Source of the DNA: an uncultured Verrucomicrobiota bacterium
Lineage (GTDB): Bacteria > Verrucomicrobiota > Kiritimatiellia > RFP12 > UBA1067
Reading direction: 5' to 3'
Length of the DNA: 64,000 nt
NCBI GenBank assembly: GCA_946533675.1
Contig: CAMNBZ010000008.1
Span: 5,360-69,359, forward strand
Under the pieces are notes generated by a model. The model had not been told where the DNA came from. It made no database searches and saw only the letters and a program-made list of their open reading frames with translations. Below, in pieces: positions 28,965 through 39,150 of this stretch. The stretch's first letter is position 1. Every line of letters begins with the position of its first letter. A program made the translations under genes and the position numbers.

Positions 28965-28973
28965 TGGTATAAT
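28965..28973 (+). promoter_or_regulatory. Extended -10 box TGGTATAAT, 8 nt from the dnaX ATG (leaderless candidate)
   Basis: GATTTGGTATAATTACCGCACATG; the ATG is at 28982. Confidence 0.6.
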
Positions 28974-28981
28974 TACCGCAC

Positions 28982-30430
28982 ATGGAAGAAGTGCAGCACA
29001 TCGCCCTGCCGCTCAAGTACCGCCCGATGACGTTCGACGACGTGATCGGGCAGGAGCATGTCGTCAAGACGCTGCGCCACGCGATCGAGGCGAACCGCAT
29101 CGCCAACGCCTATCTCTTCATCGGCCCGCGCGGCATCGGCAAGACGACGATGAGCCGCATTTTCGCGAAGGCGCTCAACTGCCTCAGCCCCAACGGCGTG
29201 GAGCCGTGCGGCGCGTGCGTCAACTGTCGCGAGATCGCGGCGGGCCGCTCGCTCGACGTCACCGAGCTCGACGCCGCCTCGCACAACAAGGTCGACGACG
29301 TCAAGCCGATCATCGAGTCGGTGCAGTTCAAGCCCGCGAACGGGAAGTTCAAGATCTTCATCATCGACGAATGCCACATGCTCTCCAACGCGGCGTGGAA
29401 CGCGCTCCTGAAGACGCTCGAAGAGCCGCCGCCGCACGTCCGGTTCATCTTCGCGACGACGGAGGGCGACAAGGTGCTCGCGACGATCGTCAGCCGCTGC
29501 CAGCGCTTCGACCTGCGGCGCATCCAGACGAACGACATCGTTTCGCGCCTGAGGTACATCTGCGAAAAGGAGAAGATCGACGCGGAGGAGGATGCGCTCC
29601 TCGCCATCGCGCGCGGCGCGGAAGGCGGCATGCGCGACGCGCTCTCGTCGCTCGACCAGCTCATTTCCTTCAAGGGCGACAAGGTGACGGAGGCGGACGC
29701 GCTCGGCGTGTTCGGGCTCGTCTCGCGCCGCGCGCTCGAAACGCTCGCGCAGGCGATCCTGACGGGCGACGTCGCGCAGATCCTCTCGTCCATCGAGATG
29801 TTCGATTCGTCGGGCAAGAACATGCGGCGGCTCGCGGGCGAACTCCTGCAGCACTTCCGCAACCTTGTCGTCGTGCAGGCGCTGGGACCGGCGTCCAAGT
29901 CGCTGACGGCGACGCCCGACCAGGTGAAGGTGCTCGTCGAACAGGCCAAGGGCATCGACGCGGGGCGCGTCTTCCGGATCTGCGATCAGCTCGCGGACAT
30001 GGAGGACAAGCTCCGCTACGTGCTGAGCGTGCGCACGCTCATTGAAATGTCGCTCATCCGCGCGAGCCGCATCGCGACGACGGCGACGATCGAGGAGCTG
30101 CTGCGCGTCGTGCGGGCGCTGAAGAACGCCGGCGGCGGCGCGGTGGAGCTGCCGACGGCGGCACCGGCCGCGCCGGTCGCGCCCGTGGCGAAGCCGGTGC
30201 CGGTCGCGCCGAAGCCCGCCGCTGCATCGCCTGCGCCCGCTGCATCGCCTGCGCCCGCTGCATCGCCCGCGCCCGCTGCGCCGGTCGCGCCGCAACCGCC
30301 GCCCGCGCCGGAACCGCCGGCCAAAAGTTTTGCCAACCGAAGCGATATCCTGAACGACCCGGTGCTGAACGAGCTGCTGAATTCGCTGCCGGGCGCGACG
30401 ATCGCCGACATCAAGGAGAAAAGACCATGA
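28982..30430 (+). CDS. dnaX: DNA polymerase III subunit gamma/tau (short, 482 aa)
   Basis: FDDVIGQEHVVKTLRHAIEANRIANAYLFIGPRGIGKTTMSRIFAKALNC, a Zn module (CGACVNC), and IIDECHML. Confidence 0.92.
   Translation: MEEVQHIALPLKYRPMTFDDVIGQEHVVKTLRHAIEANRIANAYLFIGPRGIGKTTMSRIFAKALNCLSPNGVEPCGACVNCREIAAGRSLDVTELDAASHNKVDDVKPIIESVQFKPANGKFKIFIIDECHMLSNAAWNALLKTLEEPPPHVRFIFATTEGDKVLATIVSRCQRFDLRRIQTNDIVSRLRYICEKEKIDAEEDALLAIARGAEGGMRDALSSLDQLISFKGDKVTEADALGVFGLVSRRALETLAQAILTGDVAQILSSIEMFDSSGKNMRRLAGELLQHFRNLVVVQALGPASKSLTATPDQVKVLVEQAKGIDAGRVFRICDQLADMEDKLRYVLSVRTLIEMSLIRASRIATTATIEELLRVVRALKNAGGGAVELPTAAPAAPVAPVAKPVPVAPKPAAASPAPAASPAPAASPAPAAPVAPQPPPAPEPPAKSFANRSDILNDPVLNELLNSLPGATIADIKEKRP
30221..30274 (+). 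repeat. 18-bp in-frame tandem repeat x3 (AASPAP) in the dnaX linker
   Basis: GCTGCATCGCCTGCGCCC repeated three times, with one substitution in the third copy. Confidence 0.85.
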
Positions 30431-30876
30431 ACGGAATCTTCAGCTGCGGCTGGCTGTGGCTCTACGCCGGCGCGATTTTGATGTTTCTGGAGCTCCTCGC
30501 GCCGGGCTTCGTGATCTTCTTCTTCGGCCTCGCGGCGGCGACGGTCGGGCTCCTGCGCTTCGCGTTCGGCGACGCGTTCACGCTCGCCGTGCAGCTCGCC
30601 GCGTTCTCGGCGTTCTCCATCGTCTACATCCTCGTGCTGCGGCGGTGGATGAAAAGCGTCTTCTCGGGCCGCGAGGTCGCGTCGGCGGAGGATTTCGACA
30701 ACGGTTCCGTCGGCCGCACCGGTCGCGTGACGGTGCCGATCGCGCCGCCGGACGCGGGGCGCGTCGAGATCGGCGACGCCGAATGGACGGCGCGGGCGGA
30801 CGCGCCGATCGCGGCGGGCACGCTCGTGAAAGTCATTTCCCAAAACAACCTAACAATGAAAGTGGAGGTCATCTAA
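30427..30876 (+). CDS. NfeD-family membrane protein
   Basis: Three N-terminal TM segments and a C-terminal OB-like tail (GRVTV..GRVEIGDAEWTARAD..GTLVKVI). The ATGA overlap with the dnaX stop and the SPFH gene just downstream fit the classic nfeD-SPFH pair. Confidence 0.8.
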   Translation: MNGIFSCGWLWLYAGAILMFLELLAPGFVIFFFGLAAATVGLLRFAFGDAFTLAVQLAAFSAFSIVYILVLRRWMKSVFSGREVASAEDFDNGSVGRTGRVTVPIAPPDAGRVEIGDAEWTARADAPIAAGTLVKVISQNNLTMKVEVI

Positions 30877-30877
30877 C

Positions 30878-31792
30878 ATGAGTCCGGCACTCGTATTCTT
30901 CGTCATCGTCACCGCCGTGGTGCTGGTGACAATCCTCAAGACGGCGGTCATCGTTCCGCAGAAGACGGCCTACATCGTGGAGCGGCTCGGCAAGTACCGC
31001 TGCACGCTCGACGCGGGCTTCCACATCCTGATCCCGTTCCTCGACCGGATCGCCTACCGCCACACGCTCAAGGAGCAGGCGATCGACGTGCCGCCGCAGG
31101 AGTGCATCACCAAGGACAACATCGCGGTGTCGGTCGACGGCATCCTCTACATGCAGGTGATGGATCCGGCGAAGGCGAGCTACGGCATCGGCAACTACCT
31201 CTTCGCGACGACGCAGCTCGCGCAGACGACGATGCGTTCGGAGATGGGCAAGCTCGACCTCGACCGCAGCTTCGAGGAGCGCACGTCGATCAACGCGGCG
31301 ATCGTCGCGGCCGTCGACAAGGCGTCTGATCCGTGGGGCATCAAGGTGACGCGCTACGAGATCAAGAACATCACGCCGCCGCGCACGATCCGCGACGCGA
31401 TGGAGAAGCAGATGCGCGCCGAGCGCGAGAAGCGCGCGATGATCGCGGAGTCGGAGGGCGAGCGCCAGGCGAAGATCAACCGCGCCGAGGGCGAGCGCCA
31501 GGAGGCGATTGCGCTCTCCGAAGGCGAGCGCATGCGCAAGATCAACGAGGCCGAGGGCCGCGCGAAGGAGATCCTGCTCGTCGCGGAGGCGCAGGCGGCG
31601 GGCATCCAGAAGGTCGCCGAGGCGATCACCGGCAAGGGCGGCGCGGAGTCGGTCAACATGCAGCTCGCGCAGCAGTACCTGACGCAGTTCGGCAATCTGG
31701 CGAAGACGAACAACACGATGATCATCCCGGCCAACCTCGCGGACGTGGCGGGCGTGCTCAAGGCGTGTTCGACCGTCATCAAGAACGCGTAA
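30878..31792 (+). CDS. SPFH/band-7 (stomatin/prohibitin-like) protein
   Basis: N-terminal TM segment, ERLGKY...LDAGFHILIPFLDRI, RYEIKNITPP, and a coiled-coil AEREKRA..EGERQA region. Confidence 0.9.
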   Translation: MSPALVFFVIVTAVVLVTILKTAVIVPQKTAYIVERLGKYRCTLDAGFHILIPFLDRIAYRHTLKEQAIDVPPQECITKDNIAVSVDGILYMQVMDPAKASYGIGNYLFATTQLAQTTMRSEMGKLDLDRSFEERTSINAAIVAAVDKASDPWGIKVTRYEIKNITPPRTIRDAMEKQMRAEREKRAMIAESEGERQAKINRAEGERQEAIALSEGERMRKINEAEGRAKEILLVAEAQAAGIQKVAEAITGKGGAESVNMQLAQQYLTQFGNLAKTNNTMIIPANLADVAGVLKACSTVIKNA

Positions 31793-31825
31793 CATCCACA
31801 CGAAAACGCAAAGGGGGAACAACAG

Positions 31826-32737
31826 ATGAAACCAACATTGGTCGTACTGGCGGCGGGCATGGGATCGCGCTACGGCGGGCTGAAGCAGGTCGATCCCGTC
31901 GGTCCGAGCGGCGAGGCGATCCTCGACTATTCGGTGTTCGACGCGGTGCGCGCGGGCTTCGGCAAGGTCGTCTTCATCATCCGCCACGACTTCGAGGCGG
32001 AGTTCAAGGAGAAGGTCGGCAAGAAGTACGAGGGGCTCATCCCCGTCGACTACTGCTACCAGGACATCAACGACCTGCCCGCGCCGTACAAGGTGCCGGA
32101 AGGGCGCACGAAGCCGTGGGGCACGGGCCACGCAACGCGCGCGGCGCGCGGCGTCGTCAAGGAGCCGTTCGCGGTCATCAACGCCGACGACTTCTACGGG
32201 CGCGATGCGTTCGAGCAGCTCGCGAAGTTCCTGTCGCACGCGACGGACGGCGCGACGCTCGGTTTCGCGATGGTCGGCTACAAGCTGGAGCTCACGCTGA
32301 GCGAGAACGGTTCGGTCGCGCGCGGCATCTGCGACGTGGCGGCGGACGGCACGCTCAAGGGCGTCACCGAGATGACGAAGCTCGTCCGGGCGGGCGACGT
32401 CGCCGAGAACCGCGAGGATCCGGCCGCGCCGGTCCAGGTGCCGCTTGACGCGCGCGTGTCGATGAACCTCTGGGGCTTCACGCCCGGCCTCTTCACGGAG
32501 CTGGAGGCGCGCTTCCCGAAGTGGCTCGCCGAAAACGGCGCGAAGGAGAAGAGCGAGTGGTACATCCCGTTCGTCGTCGACGAGCTCATCAAGGAGGGTC
32601 GGGCGACGTGCAAGGTGCTGCCGACGGAATCGAGCTGGTTCGGCGTCACCTACCGCGAGGACAAGCCGTTCGTGATGGCCGAGATCAAGAAGCTCGTCGA
32701 CGCGGGCGAATATCCCGTCAATCTGCTCGGCGCGTGA
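31826..32737 (+). CDS. Sugar-phosphate nucleotidyltransferase family protein
   Basis: LAAGMGSRYGGLKQVDPVG (NTP-transferase G-loop), WGTGHA, and VINADDFYG. Confidence 0.7.
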   Translation: MKPTLVVLAAGMGSRYGGLKQVDPVGPSGEAILDYSVFDAVRAGFGKVVFIIRHDFEAEFKEKVGKKYEGLIPVDYCYQDINDLPAPYKVPEGRTKPWGTGHATRAARGVVKEPFAVINADDFYGRDAFEQLAKFLSHATDGATLGFAMVGYKLELTLSENGSVARGICDVAADGTLKGVTEMTKLVRAGDVAENREDPAAPVQVPLDARVSMNLWGFTPGLFTELEARFPKWLAENGAKEKSEWYIPFVVDELIKEGRATCKVLPTESSWFGVTYREDKPFVMAEIKKLVDAGEYPVNLLGA

Positions 32738-33447
32738 TTGAACGTCTGCTCGATCTGGTCTGGCCGCGCACGTGCGCGGTCTGTTCACGCCCGGTGGATC
32801 GCCCCGGGCGTCATCTTTGCGCCGACTGCCTCAACCGCGTCCCGTTCATCGCGCAGACGGGCGCGTGCGCGATCTGCGGCCGCGCGATCGAGGACTCGGC
32901 ACACGAGTTCACGTGCGACGACTGCCGCGCGGCGCGTCCCGCGTTCGACCGTGCGGCGAGCGCGGTGCGCTTCGAGGGGCGGATGCGCGAACTGATCCTC
33001 GGCTACAAGTTCAACCGCCACCTGTGGCTCCTCGCGGACTTGGCCGATTTTCTCGAGGCGGCGGTGCGTGCGCGCTTTGACGTCGCGGCCGTCGACGTCG
33101 TGCTGCCGATGCCGACGACCTGGTTCCACCGCATGGACCGCGGCTACAATCCCTGCGTGTACCTCGCGCGGCAGCTCGCCCGGCGCATCGACCGGCGTCT
33201 GGACGCGCGCGTGCTCGCGCGGCAGGGGTCGCCGCGCCGCCAGTCGGACCTCGCGGCGGACGAACGGTTTGAAAACGTGAAGGGGACGTTCGCCGTCCGC
33301 CGCGCCGAATGGATCCGCGGCCGCACGGTGCTCGTCGTGGACGATATTCTGACGACGGGCGCGACACTTTCGGAGGCGGCGAAGACGCTGAAGGCGGCCG
33401 GTGCCGCGCGCGTCTGGGCTGCGACGCTGGCGCGAAGCATTTTATAA
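32734..33447 (+). CDS. comF: ComF-family phosphoribosyltransferase-like protein
   Basis: N-terminal Zn-finger cysteines (CAVC..CADC..CAICG..CDDC) and a PRTase motif VLVVDDILTTGATL. The GTG start overlaps the upstream stop (GTGA). Confidence 0.78.
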   Translation: MIERLLDLVWPRTCAVCSRPVDRPGRHLCADCLNRVPFIAQTGACAICGRAIEDSAHEFTCDDCRAARPAFDRAASAVRFEGRMRELILGYKFNRHLWLLADLADFLEAAVRARFDVAAVDVVLPMPTTWFHRMDRGYNPCVYLARQLARRIDRRLDARVLARQGSPRRQSDLAADERFENVKGTFAVRRAEWIRGRTVLVVDDILTTGATLSEAAKTLKAAGAARVWAATLARSIL

Positions 33448-33509
33448 GTTGCTAATTTTATCTATTTAGCGACTAATTTTTGATGATAAATTTTTATCTC
33501 ACTTTCCTG

Positions 33510-33538
33510 TTGCAACGCGGTGGGGAAAAGTGTATAAT
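33510..33538 (+). promoter_or_regulatory. dcw (mraZ) promoter: TTGCAA, 17-nt spacer, TATAAT, preceded by a ~60-bp AT-rich tract
   Basis: -35 at 33510-15, -10 at 33533-38. The ATG at 33550 lies 11 nt downstream. The AT-rich tract with repeats spans 33448-33509. Confidence 0.65.
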
Positions 33539-33549
33539 AGTGTCACAAA

Positions 33550-34035
33550 ATGTCAAAGGTAGGCAGCCAGAGTGTCGCGTTGTCGACTCCCGCGAGTTCG
33601 GGCGTTCTTGTCGGACGCTACGACTACGCGATGGATCCCAAGAAGCGCTTCACCATTCCGTCGGGATGGCGCGCGGTGATGGGCAATCCGGAGTACGTCT
33701 ACGTGATGCCCGACCGCAAGGAGCGGTGCCTCAATCTCATCCCCCGGGCGGAGATGGAGGCGCGGCTTGAGAAGCTTCGCGAAAAAGCGCTCTTTGATCC
33801 GGCGCTCAACGCGGCGCTTCAGACGATCGGCGCCAACTCCGAGCAGCTGACCTTGGACAGCCAGGGTCGAATCCGCGTCTGCGACAAGCTCCTTCAGTTT
33901 GCGAACTTGACGACGACGGTCGCGATGGTGGGTTCGGTCCGCATGGTGAAGCTCTGGGATCCGAAGGCGCTCGCGCCGGAGGACAAGGTCGAACAGTCCG
34001 CGCTCGACGCGGCGCTGGAATCGGCCGGTTTCTAG
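33550..34035 (+). CDS. mraZ: Transcriptional regulator MraZ
   Basis: Two SpoVT-AbrB-like halves (DPKKRFTIPSGWR and DSQGRIRVCDKLL). It sits first in the mraZ-rsmH-ftsL-ftsI order. Confidence 0.85.
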   Translation: MSKVGSQSVALSTPASSGVLVGRYDYAMDPKKRFTIPSGWRAVMGNPEYVYVMPDRKERCLNLIPRAEMEARLEKLREKALFDPALNAALQTIGANSEQLTLDSQGRIRVCDKLLQFANLTTTVAMVGSVRMVKLWDPKALAPEDKVEQSALDAALESAGF

Positions 34036-34050
34036 CGGAGGGACGGGAAG

Positions 34051-34992
34051 ATGGAAAGCACGATCGCGAGCCACGTTCCTGTCCTTCTGAAAGAGACGAT
34101 CGACGCGCTCGGCGTTCGCGCCGGCGGACGGTACGTGGACGGCACACTCGGGCGGGCCGGCCACACGCGCGAGATTCTGGCCCGGGGCGGGGAGGTGCTG
34201 GGGATCGATCGCGACGACCAGGCGCTCCGCGAGGTGGCGGCGCAGGTGCAGGCCGAGCCGGACCGCTTCAAGGGACTGACGGTCGCGAAGGGCAACCACG
34301 GCGATCTCGAACGGGTCGCACGGGAAAACGGATGGGAGGATGTCGATGGAATCTTGCTGGATCTGGGTGTCTCAAGTCCTCAGCTGGATGAGGCCGGACG
34401 TGGCTTCAGCTTTCTCAGGGACGGACCCCTTGACATGCGGATGGATCGGTCGGGCGGCGTGACCGCCGCGGACCTGGTGAACGGCGAAAGCGCGGAACGG
34501 CTGGAGGCGATCTTCCGCGAGCTGGGCGAGGAGCGGGATGCGCGGCGGATCGCGCGCGCGATCGAGAAGGCGCGGACGGCGCACGCGATCGCGACGACGG
34601 CGGAGCTGGCGGATCTGGTGGCGCGGACGGTCGGACGGCACGGCGCGCACCACCCGGCGACGCGGGTCTTCCAGGCGCTGCGCATGGCGGTGAACGACGA
34701 GCTGGGGGAGCTGGAACGGGCGCTCGACGGCGGCCTCCGGCTCCTGAAGGGCGGCGGACGGTTCGCGGTGATCACGTTCGAGTCGCTGTCGGACCGGATG
34801 GTCAAGCGCTTCTTCGCCGCGCATGTCGGGCGGAACGTGTCGCTCCAGCAGGGGGGCGAACGGTGGGAAGGCGCGGCGCCGCGCGCGACGGCGGTGACGC
34901 GCAGGGCGGTCGTCGCAACGGATTTTGAAACAAAGAGCAACCCGAGGGCGCGCAGCGCGAAGCTCCGCGTCATCGAAAAGGAAAGGAACTGA
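34051..34992 (+). CDS. rsmH: 16S rRNA (cytosine1402-N4)-methyltransferase RsmH
   Basis: HVPVLLKETIDAL..YVDGTLGRAGH, LLDLGVSSPQLD, GPLDMRMD and HPATRVFQALR. Confidence 0.93.
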   Translation: MESTIASHVPVLLKETIDALGVRAGGRYVDGTLGRAGHTREILARGGEVLGIDRDDQALREVAAQVQAEPDRFKGLTVAKGNHGDLERVARENGWEDVDGILLDLGVSSPQLDEAGRGFSFLRDGPLDMRMDRSGGVTAADLVNGESAERLEAIFRELGEERDARRIARAIEKARTAHAIATTAELADLVARTVGRHGAHHPATRVFQALRMAVNDELGELERALDGGLRLLKGGGRFAVITFESLSDRMVKRFFAAHVGRNVSLQQGGERWEGAAPRATAVTRRAVVATDFETKSNPRARSAKLRVIEKERN

Positions 34993-34995
34993 AGG

Positions 34996-35406
34996 ATGCG
35001 CAAGAACCGCAAGATGTCGAAGCGGATGTCGGTCATCGCGGTGCAGTCGATGCACATCGGGGCCGTGATGTTCTCGCTGTTCATCATGGTCATCCTCAAC
35101 CTGCTCGCGGCGTCGAACTGCAGTCATCTGATGAAGTCGATCGGCGAGAAGGAGAAGGCGCTGAGCCGGCTGGAGGACGCGCGGCGGAGGGAAGAGTCGC
35201 GCTGGGAGGAGATGAAGACGCCGCGCCGGCTGGAGGCGGCGCTGCGCGACAACGGGATGTCGATGCACTACCACAAGTCGTCGCAGGTCGTCCGCATGAC
35301 CGCGGCGGGCGAGCCCGCCGTCGGCCAGATCTCCGTCGCGCGCGCGGCGATGCGTTCGCGCGCGGGCGCGACCGCGTCCGTCGGCCGCACCGCCCCGCGC
35401 CGCTAG
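34996..35406 (+). CDS. FtsL-like small bitopic cell-division protein
   Basis: Called from position between rsmH and ftsI, a single TM segment (GAVMFSLFIMVILNLLAA), and a following coiled-coil. No diagnostic sequence motif. Confidence 0.5.
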   Translation: MRKNRKMSKRMSVIAVQSMHIGAVMFSLFIMVILNLLAASNCSHLMKSIGEKEKALSRLEDARRREESRWEEMKTPRRLEAALRDNGMSMHYHKSSQVVRMTAAGEPAVGQISVARAAMRSRAGATASVGRTAPRR

Positions 35407-35413
35407 CCGCCCG

Positions 35414-37252
35414 ATGACGATGCGCGGCGAGAATTGGCGTTTCTGGCTGCCGGTCGTCGGTCTGGTCGGCTTCGCCGCATTCGTGTCGCAGAAGCTGATC
35501 CGCTCGCACGTCGACGCCGACGTCACCGCCCCGCGCTACGAGTTCGAATCGAAGCTGCCGGGCCGCCGCGGATCGATCTACGACGCGAGCGGCGCGGCGT
35601 ATCCGCTCGTCAAGTCGGTGCCGGTCTGGGAATACCATCTCGATCCCGTGGCGCTCACCAACGCCGTCGTGCGCAAGCGCGGCGAGCCGCGCCGCAAGCC
35701 GGCGGCGATCGTGCGCACGATCGCGGACGCGCTGGGGCTCGACTATCGGAAGGTCAAGGCGATGGCGGCGAACCCGTCGAAGCGCTACCAGTATCTCGCG
35801 CAGTCGACCGACCCCGAGGCGCACCGCGTGCTCGCCGATTCGCACCTCGTCGCGGGCGTCGCGATCGAAGACCGGCAGATCCGCCAGTACCTGCACGGCC
35901 GCTTTCTCTCGCACGTGCTCGGCTCCGTCAACACGCAGGGCGACGCGTCGGCGGGGCTGGAGCTCAAGTTCAATTCCGAGCTCGCGGGCGTGCCGGGCCT
36001 CGTGCGCGGCAAGCGCGACGCGCGCGGGCGCGAGCTCTACGACAAGCGCATCGAGAAGGTCGCGCCGATCCCGGGCGCGGACCTTCACCTGACGATCGAC
36101 CACAATCTCCAGTACGAGGTCGAAACGGGCCTTGCGGACGGACTGAAGCAGTTTCACGCGGGCTCCGGCTGGTGCGTCATTCTCGACGCGCAGACGGCGG
36201 CCGTGCTGGCGATGGCGTCGCTCCCGGACTTCCACCCGCTCGCCTACGGCAAGGCGACGGAGTCCGCGCGCATCAACCGCGTGACGAACTACACGTACGA
36301 GCCCGGCAGCGTCATGAAGGTCATCACCGCGGCGGCCGGCATCGACACGGGCCGCGTCCGCCCCGATTCGCTCTATTCCACCGACCGCCACGAGGACGGC
36401 TACTACCGGCTGCCGGGCGACGGCTCGCACGTCTGGGAGCCGCGCATGACGGTGACGGACGCGATCGTCCATTCATCGAACATCGTCATGGGCAAGCTCG
36501 GCTTCGATCTCGGTCAGAAGGTGCTGGGCGGCTATTTCAAATCGTTCGGCTTCGGCGCGCGCACGGGCATCGAGCTGCCGGGCGAGGAATGCGGCATCCT
36601 GCCGCGTCCGATCCGCGGCACGACGGACTGGGACCTCGCCACGCGCAGCCGCGCGCCGATCGGCCAGGCGATCTCCGTCACCGCGCTCCAGCTCGCGTCG
36701 GCGTACCAGGCGATCGCGAACGACGGCGTGCGGATGAAGCCGTATCTCATCGAGAAGATCGTCGACGCGGACGGCGGCGAACGCTACCGCCACAAGCCGG
36801 AGGTGCTGGGCCGCCCCGTCAAGCCGGAGACGGCGCGGACGGTGCGCGAGATGATGCTCGGCGTCGCCGCGAACGGCGGCACGGCGCGGCGCGCGGCGAT
36901 CCGCGGCTATTCGATCGCGGGCAAGACGGGCACGGCGCAGAAGTCGGCGGGCAGGCGCGGCTACATTCCCGGGCTCTACCGCGCGACGTTCTGCGGCATC
37001 GTGCCGTCGGGCGTCGTCAAGCGCCATCCCGAGGATGAAGAGCCGGTGCCGCCGCGCATCGTCGTGCTGGTGACGCTCGACTTCGATACGAAGGAACTTT
37101 ACCACCAGGGCGGCAACTCGGCGGGACCCGTCTTCAAGCGGATCACGACCGCCGCGCTGCGCTACCTGGCCGTCGAACCCGACAGGCCCGAGGAAGTCCC
37201 CGAGGGCATCGACGACGAGTTCGACAAGATCATGGACAGCCGCGGCGCTTAG
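35414..37252 (+). CDS. ftsI: Peptidoglycan D,D-transpeptidase (class B PBP, FtsI-type)
   Basis: N-terminal TM segment, SxxK (GSVMK), SSN and KTGT motifs, in dcw context. Confidence 0.9.
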   Translation: MTMRGENWRFWLPVVGLVGFAAFVSQKLIRSHVDADVTAPRYEFESKLPGRRGSIYDASGAAYPLVKSVPVWEYHLDPVALTNAVVRKRGEPRRKPAAIVRTIADALGLDYRKVKAMAANPSKRYQYLAQSTDPEAHRVLADSHLVAGVAIEDRQIRQYLHGRFLSHVLGSVNTQGDASAGLELKFNSELAGVPGLVRGKRDARGRELYDKRIEKVAPIPGADLHLTIDHNLQYEVETGLADGLKQFHAGSGWCVILDAQTAAVLAMASLPDFHPLAYGKATESARINRVTNYTYEPGSVMKVITAAAGIDTGRVRPDSLYSTDRHEDGYYRLPGDGSHVWEPRMTVTDAIVHSSNIVMGKLGFDLGQKVLGGYFKSFGFGARTGIELPGEECGILPRPIRGTTDWDLATRSRAPIGQAISVTALQLASAYQAIANDGVRMKPYLIEKIVDADGGERYRHKPEVLGRPVKPETARTVREMMLGVAANGGTARRAAIRGYSIAGKTGTAQKSAGRRGYIPGLYRATFCGIVPSGVVKRHPEDEEPVPPRIVVLVTLDFDTKELYHQGGNSAGPVFKRITTAALRYLAVEPDRPEEVPEGIDDEFDKIMDSRGA

Positions 37253-39051
37253 TTCGCCGCGACTTCGCTGCCCGTGCCGCGGATCTTGATGTGCAGTTCG
37301 CGCAGCTGCTGCTCGGTGACGTAGTTGGGCGCGCCCATCAGAAGGTCCTGCGCCTTCTGGTTCATCGGGAACGCGATCACCTCGCGGATGTTGGGCGTGT
37401 CGGTGAGGAGCATCACCATGCGGTCGACGCCCGGCGCAATGCCGCCGTGCGGCGGCGCGCCGAACTGGAACGCGCGGTGGAGGGCGCCGAACTTCTTGAC
37501 GACATCCTCCTTCGTGTAGCCCGCGATCTCGAACGCCTTGTACATCACCTCGACCTGATGGTTGCGGATCGCGCCCGAGGAGAGCTCGATGCCGTTGCAG
37601 ACGACGTCGTACTGGTACGCCTCGATCGTCAGCGGATCCTTGGTGTTCAGCGCCTCCAGCCCGCCCTGCGGCATCGAGAAGGGGTTGTGCGAAAAGATGA
37701 TCTTGCCCGTCTCGGGATCCTTCTCGAAGAACGGGAAGTCGACGATCCAGCAGAACCTGTAGCAGTTCTTCTCGCGGATGTCGTTCGTCAGGTGGTCGGC
37801 GATATCCGTGCGCACGAGCCCCGAGAGGCGGTTGCACTCGTCGACGTCCGCCGCCATGAAGAAGAGCGCGTCGCCCGGCTCCATGCCGGCGAGCTGCTTC
37901 ATCTCCTCGAGCTGATCGGCCGAGAGGAACTTCGCGATCGGGCCCTTGAGCTCGCCTTCCTTCGTCCAGGAGATGTAGCCGAGGCCCTTGCCGCCGTTCT
38001 CCTTGACGAAGTGCTCGCGCTTGTCGAACCACGTGCGCGTCTCGACGCCGACGATGCCCTTGACGAGGAGGCCCTTGACGAGCCCGCCGTTCGCGACGCA
38101 CGCGGCGAACGCCTTGAAGTCGGCCTTCGCGAAGAAGTCGGACATGTTGATCCACTTCAGCGGATTGCGCAGATCCGGCTTGTCGCTGCCGTACGTCATC
38201 ATCGCGTCGCGGTACTTGATGCGCGGCCACGGCGCGGCGTTGCAGTCCCACGTCGAGAACTTCCTGAACGTCGCGGAGACGACGTCTTCGACGACGGCGA
38301 AGATCTCGTCCTGCGTGACGTAGCTCATCTCGATGTCCATCTGGTAGAACTCGCCCGGCGAGCGGTCCGCGCGCGCGGCCTCGTCGCGGAAGCACGGCGC
38401 GATCTGGAAGTACTTGTCGAAGCCCGAGACCATCAGGAGCTGCTTGAACATCTGCGGCGCCTGCGGCAACGCGTAGAACATGCCGCGGTGGATGCGGCTC
38501 GGCACGAGATAGTCGCGCGCGCCCTCGGGCGACGAGGCCGTGAGGATCGGCGTCTGGAACTCGTTGAAGCCTTTCTCCCACATTTTCTCGCGCAGGAAGC
38601 GGATGACCTGCGAACGCAGGATGATGTTCTTGTGGAGCTTCTCGCGGCGGAGGTCGAGGAAGCGGTACTGGAGGCGCACGTCCTCGGACTCGTCGGCCTT
38701 TTCGTCGGGGATGTAGAGCGGCGTCACCTGCGAGGCGGACTCCATCACGAGTTCGTTCGCCTCGATCTCGATCTCGCCGGTGGGCAGGTCGGGATTGATC
38801 GTGTCGGGCGTGCGCAGCTTCACTTCGCCCGTCACGGTGATGACGGATTCGAGGTGGGCCTTTTCGACGAGGCCGAAGAAGCTGCGCGACGGGTGGACGA
38901 CGATCTGCGTCAGGCCGTAGTGGTCGCGCAGGTCCACGAAGAGGATGCCGCCGTGGTCCCTGAGGCGGAACATCCAGCCGGACAGTCGAACGGTTTTGCC
39001 CGCGTCGGAGGCGCGGAGCTCATTGCAGGTATGCGTACGATAGGGATGCAT
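37249..39051 (-). CDS. aspS: Aspartate--tRNA ligase
   Basis: [35 protein letters not shown], class II motifs ([19 protein letters not shown]). The stop overlaps the ftsI stop (TTAG). Confidence 0.95.
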   Translation of the reverse strand: MHPYRTHTCNELRASDAGKTVRLSGWMFRLRDHGGILFVDLRDHYGLTQIVVHPSRSFFGLVEKAHLESVITVTGEVKLRTPDTINPDLPTGEIEIEANELVMESASQVTPLYIPDEKADESEDVRLQYRFLDLRREKLHKNIILRSQVIRFLREKMWEKGFNEFQTPILTASSPEGARDYLVPSRIHRGMFYALPQAPQMFKQLLMVSGFDKYFQIAPCFRDEAARADRSPGEFYQMDIEMSYVTQDEIFAVVEDVVSATFRKFSTWDCNAAPWPRIKYRDAMMTYGSDKPDLRNPLKWINMSDFFAKADFKAFAACVANGGLVKGLLVKGIVGVETRTWFDKREHFVKENGGKGLGYISWTKEGELKGPIAKFLSADQLEEMKQLAGMEPGDALFFMAADVDECNRLSGLVRTDIADHLTNDIREKNCYRFCWIVDFPFFEKDPETGKIIFSHNPFSMPQGGLEALNTKDPLTIEAYQYDVVCNGIELSSGAIRNHQVEVMYKAFEIAGYTKEDVVKKFGALHRAFQFGAPPHGGIAPGVDRMVMLLTDTPNIREVIAFPMNQKAQDLLMGAPNYVTEQQLRELHIKIRGTGSEVAAN

Positions 39052-39079
39052 TTTCTTTCTTCTCCAAATTTAGCCATAT

Positions 39080-39088
39080 AGTATATCA
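39080..39088 (-). promoter_or_regulatory. Extended -10 box TGATATACT for aspS (minus strand)
   Basis: The reverse complement reads GAATTTATGATATACTATATGG, followed by a leader with GGAGAAG and then the ATG at 39051. Confidence 0.55.
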
Positions 39089-39150
39089 TAAATTCGGTGC
39101 AGCGGGGGCGTCGAAGGGGCGGCGCGCGGCTCCGGGAGCCGCTCATGGGG

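Noticed and set aside
28555-28981. Possible SRP (4.5S) RNA or other ncRNA in the 427-nt gap upstream of dnaX, suggested by the ffs-dnaX synteny known in some bacteria
   Set aside because: I could not find the conserved helix-8 core (CAGG..CC-GGAA-GG..AGCAGC) on either strand. The local hairpin GCCGCC-GAA-GGCGGC does not fit it. An Infernal scan with RF00169 and other Rfam models would settle this; the region remains unexplained apart from the CTAG repeats.
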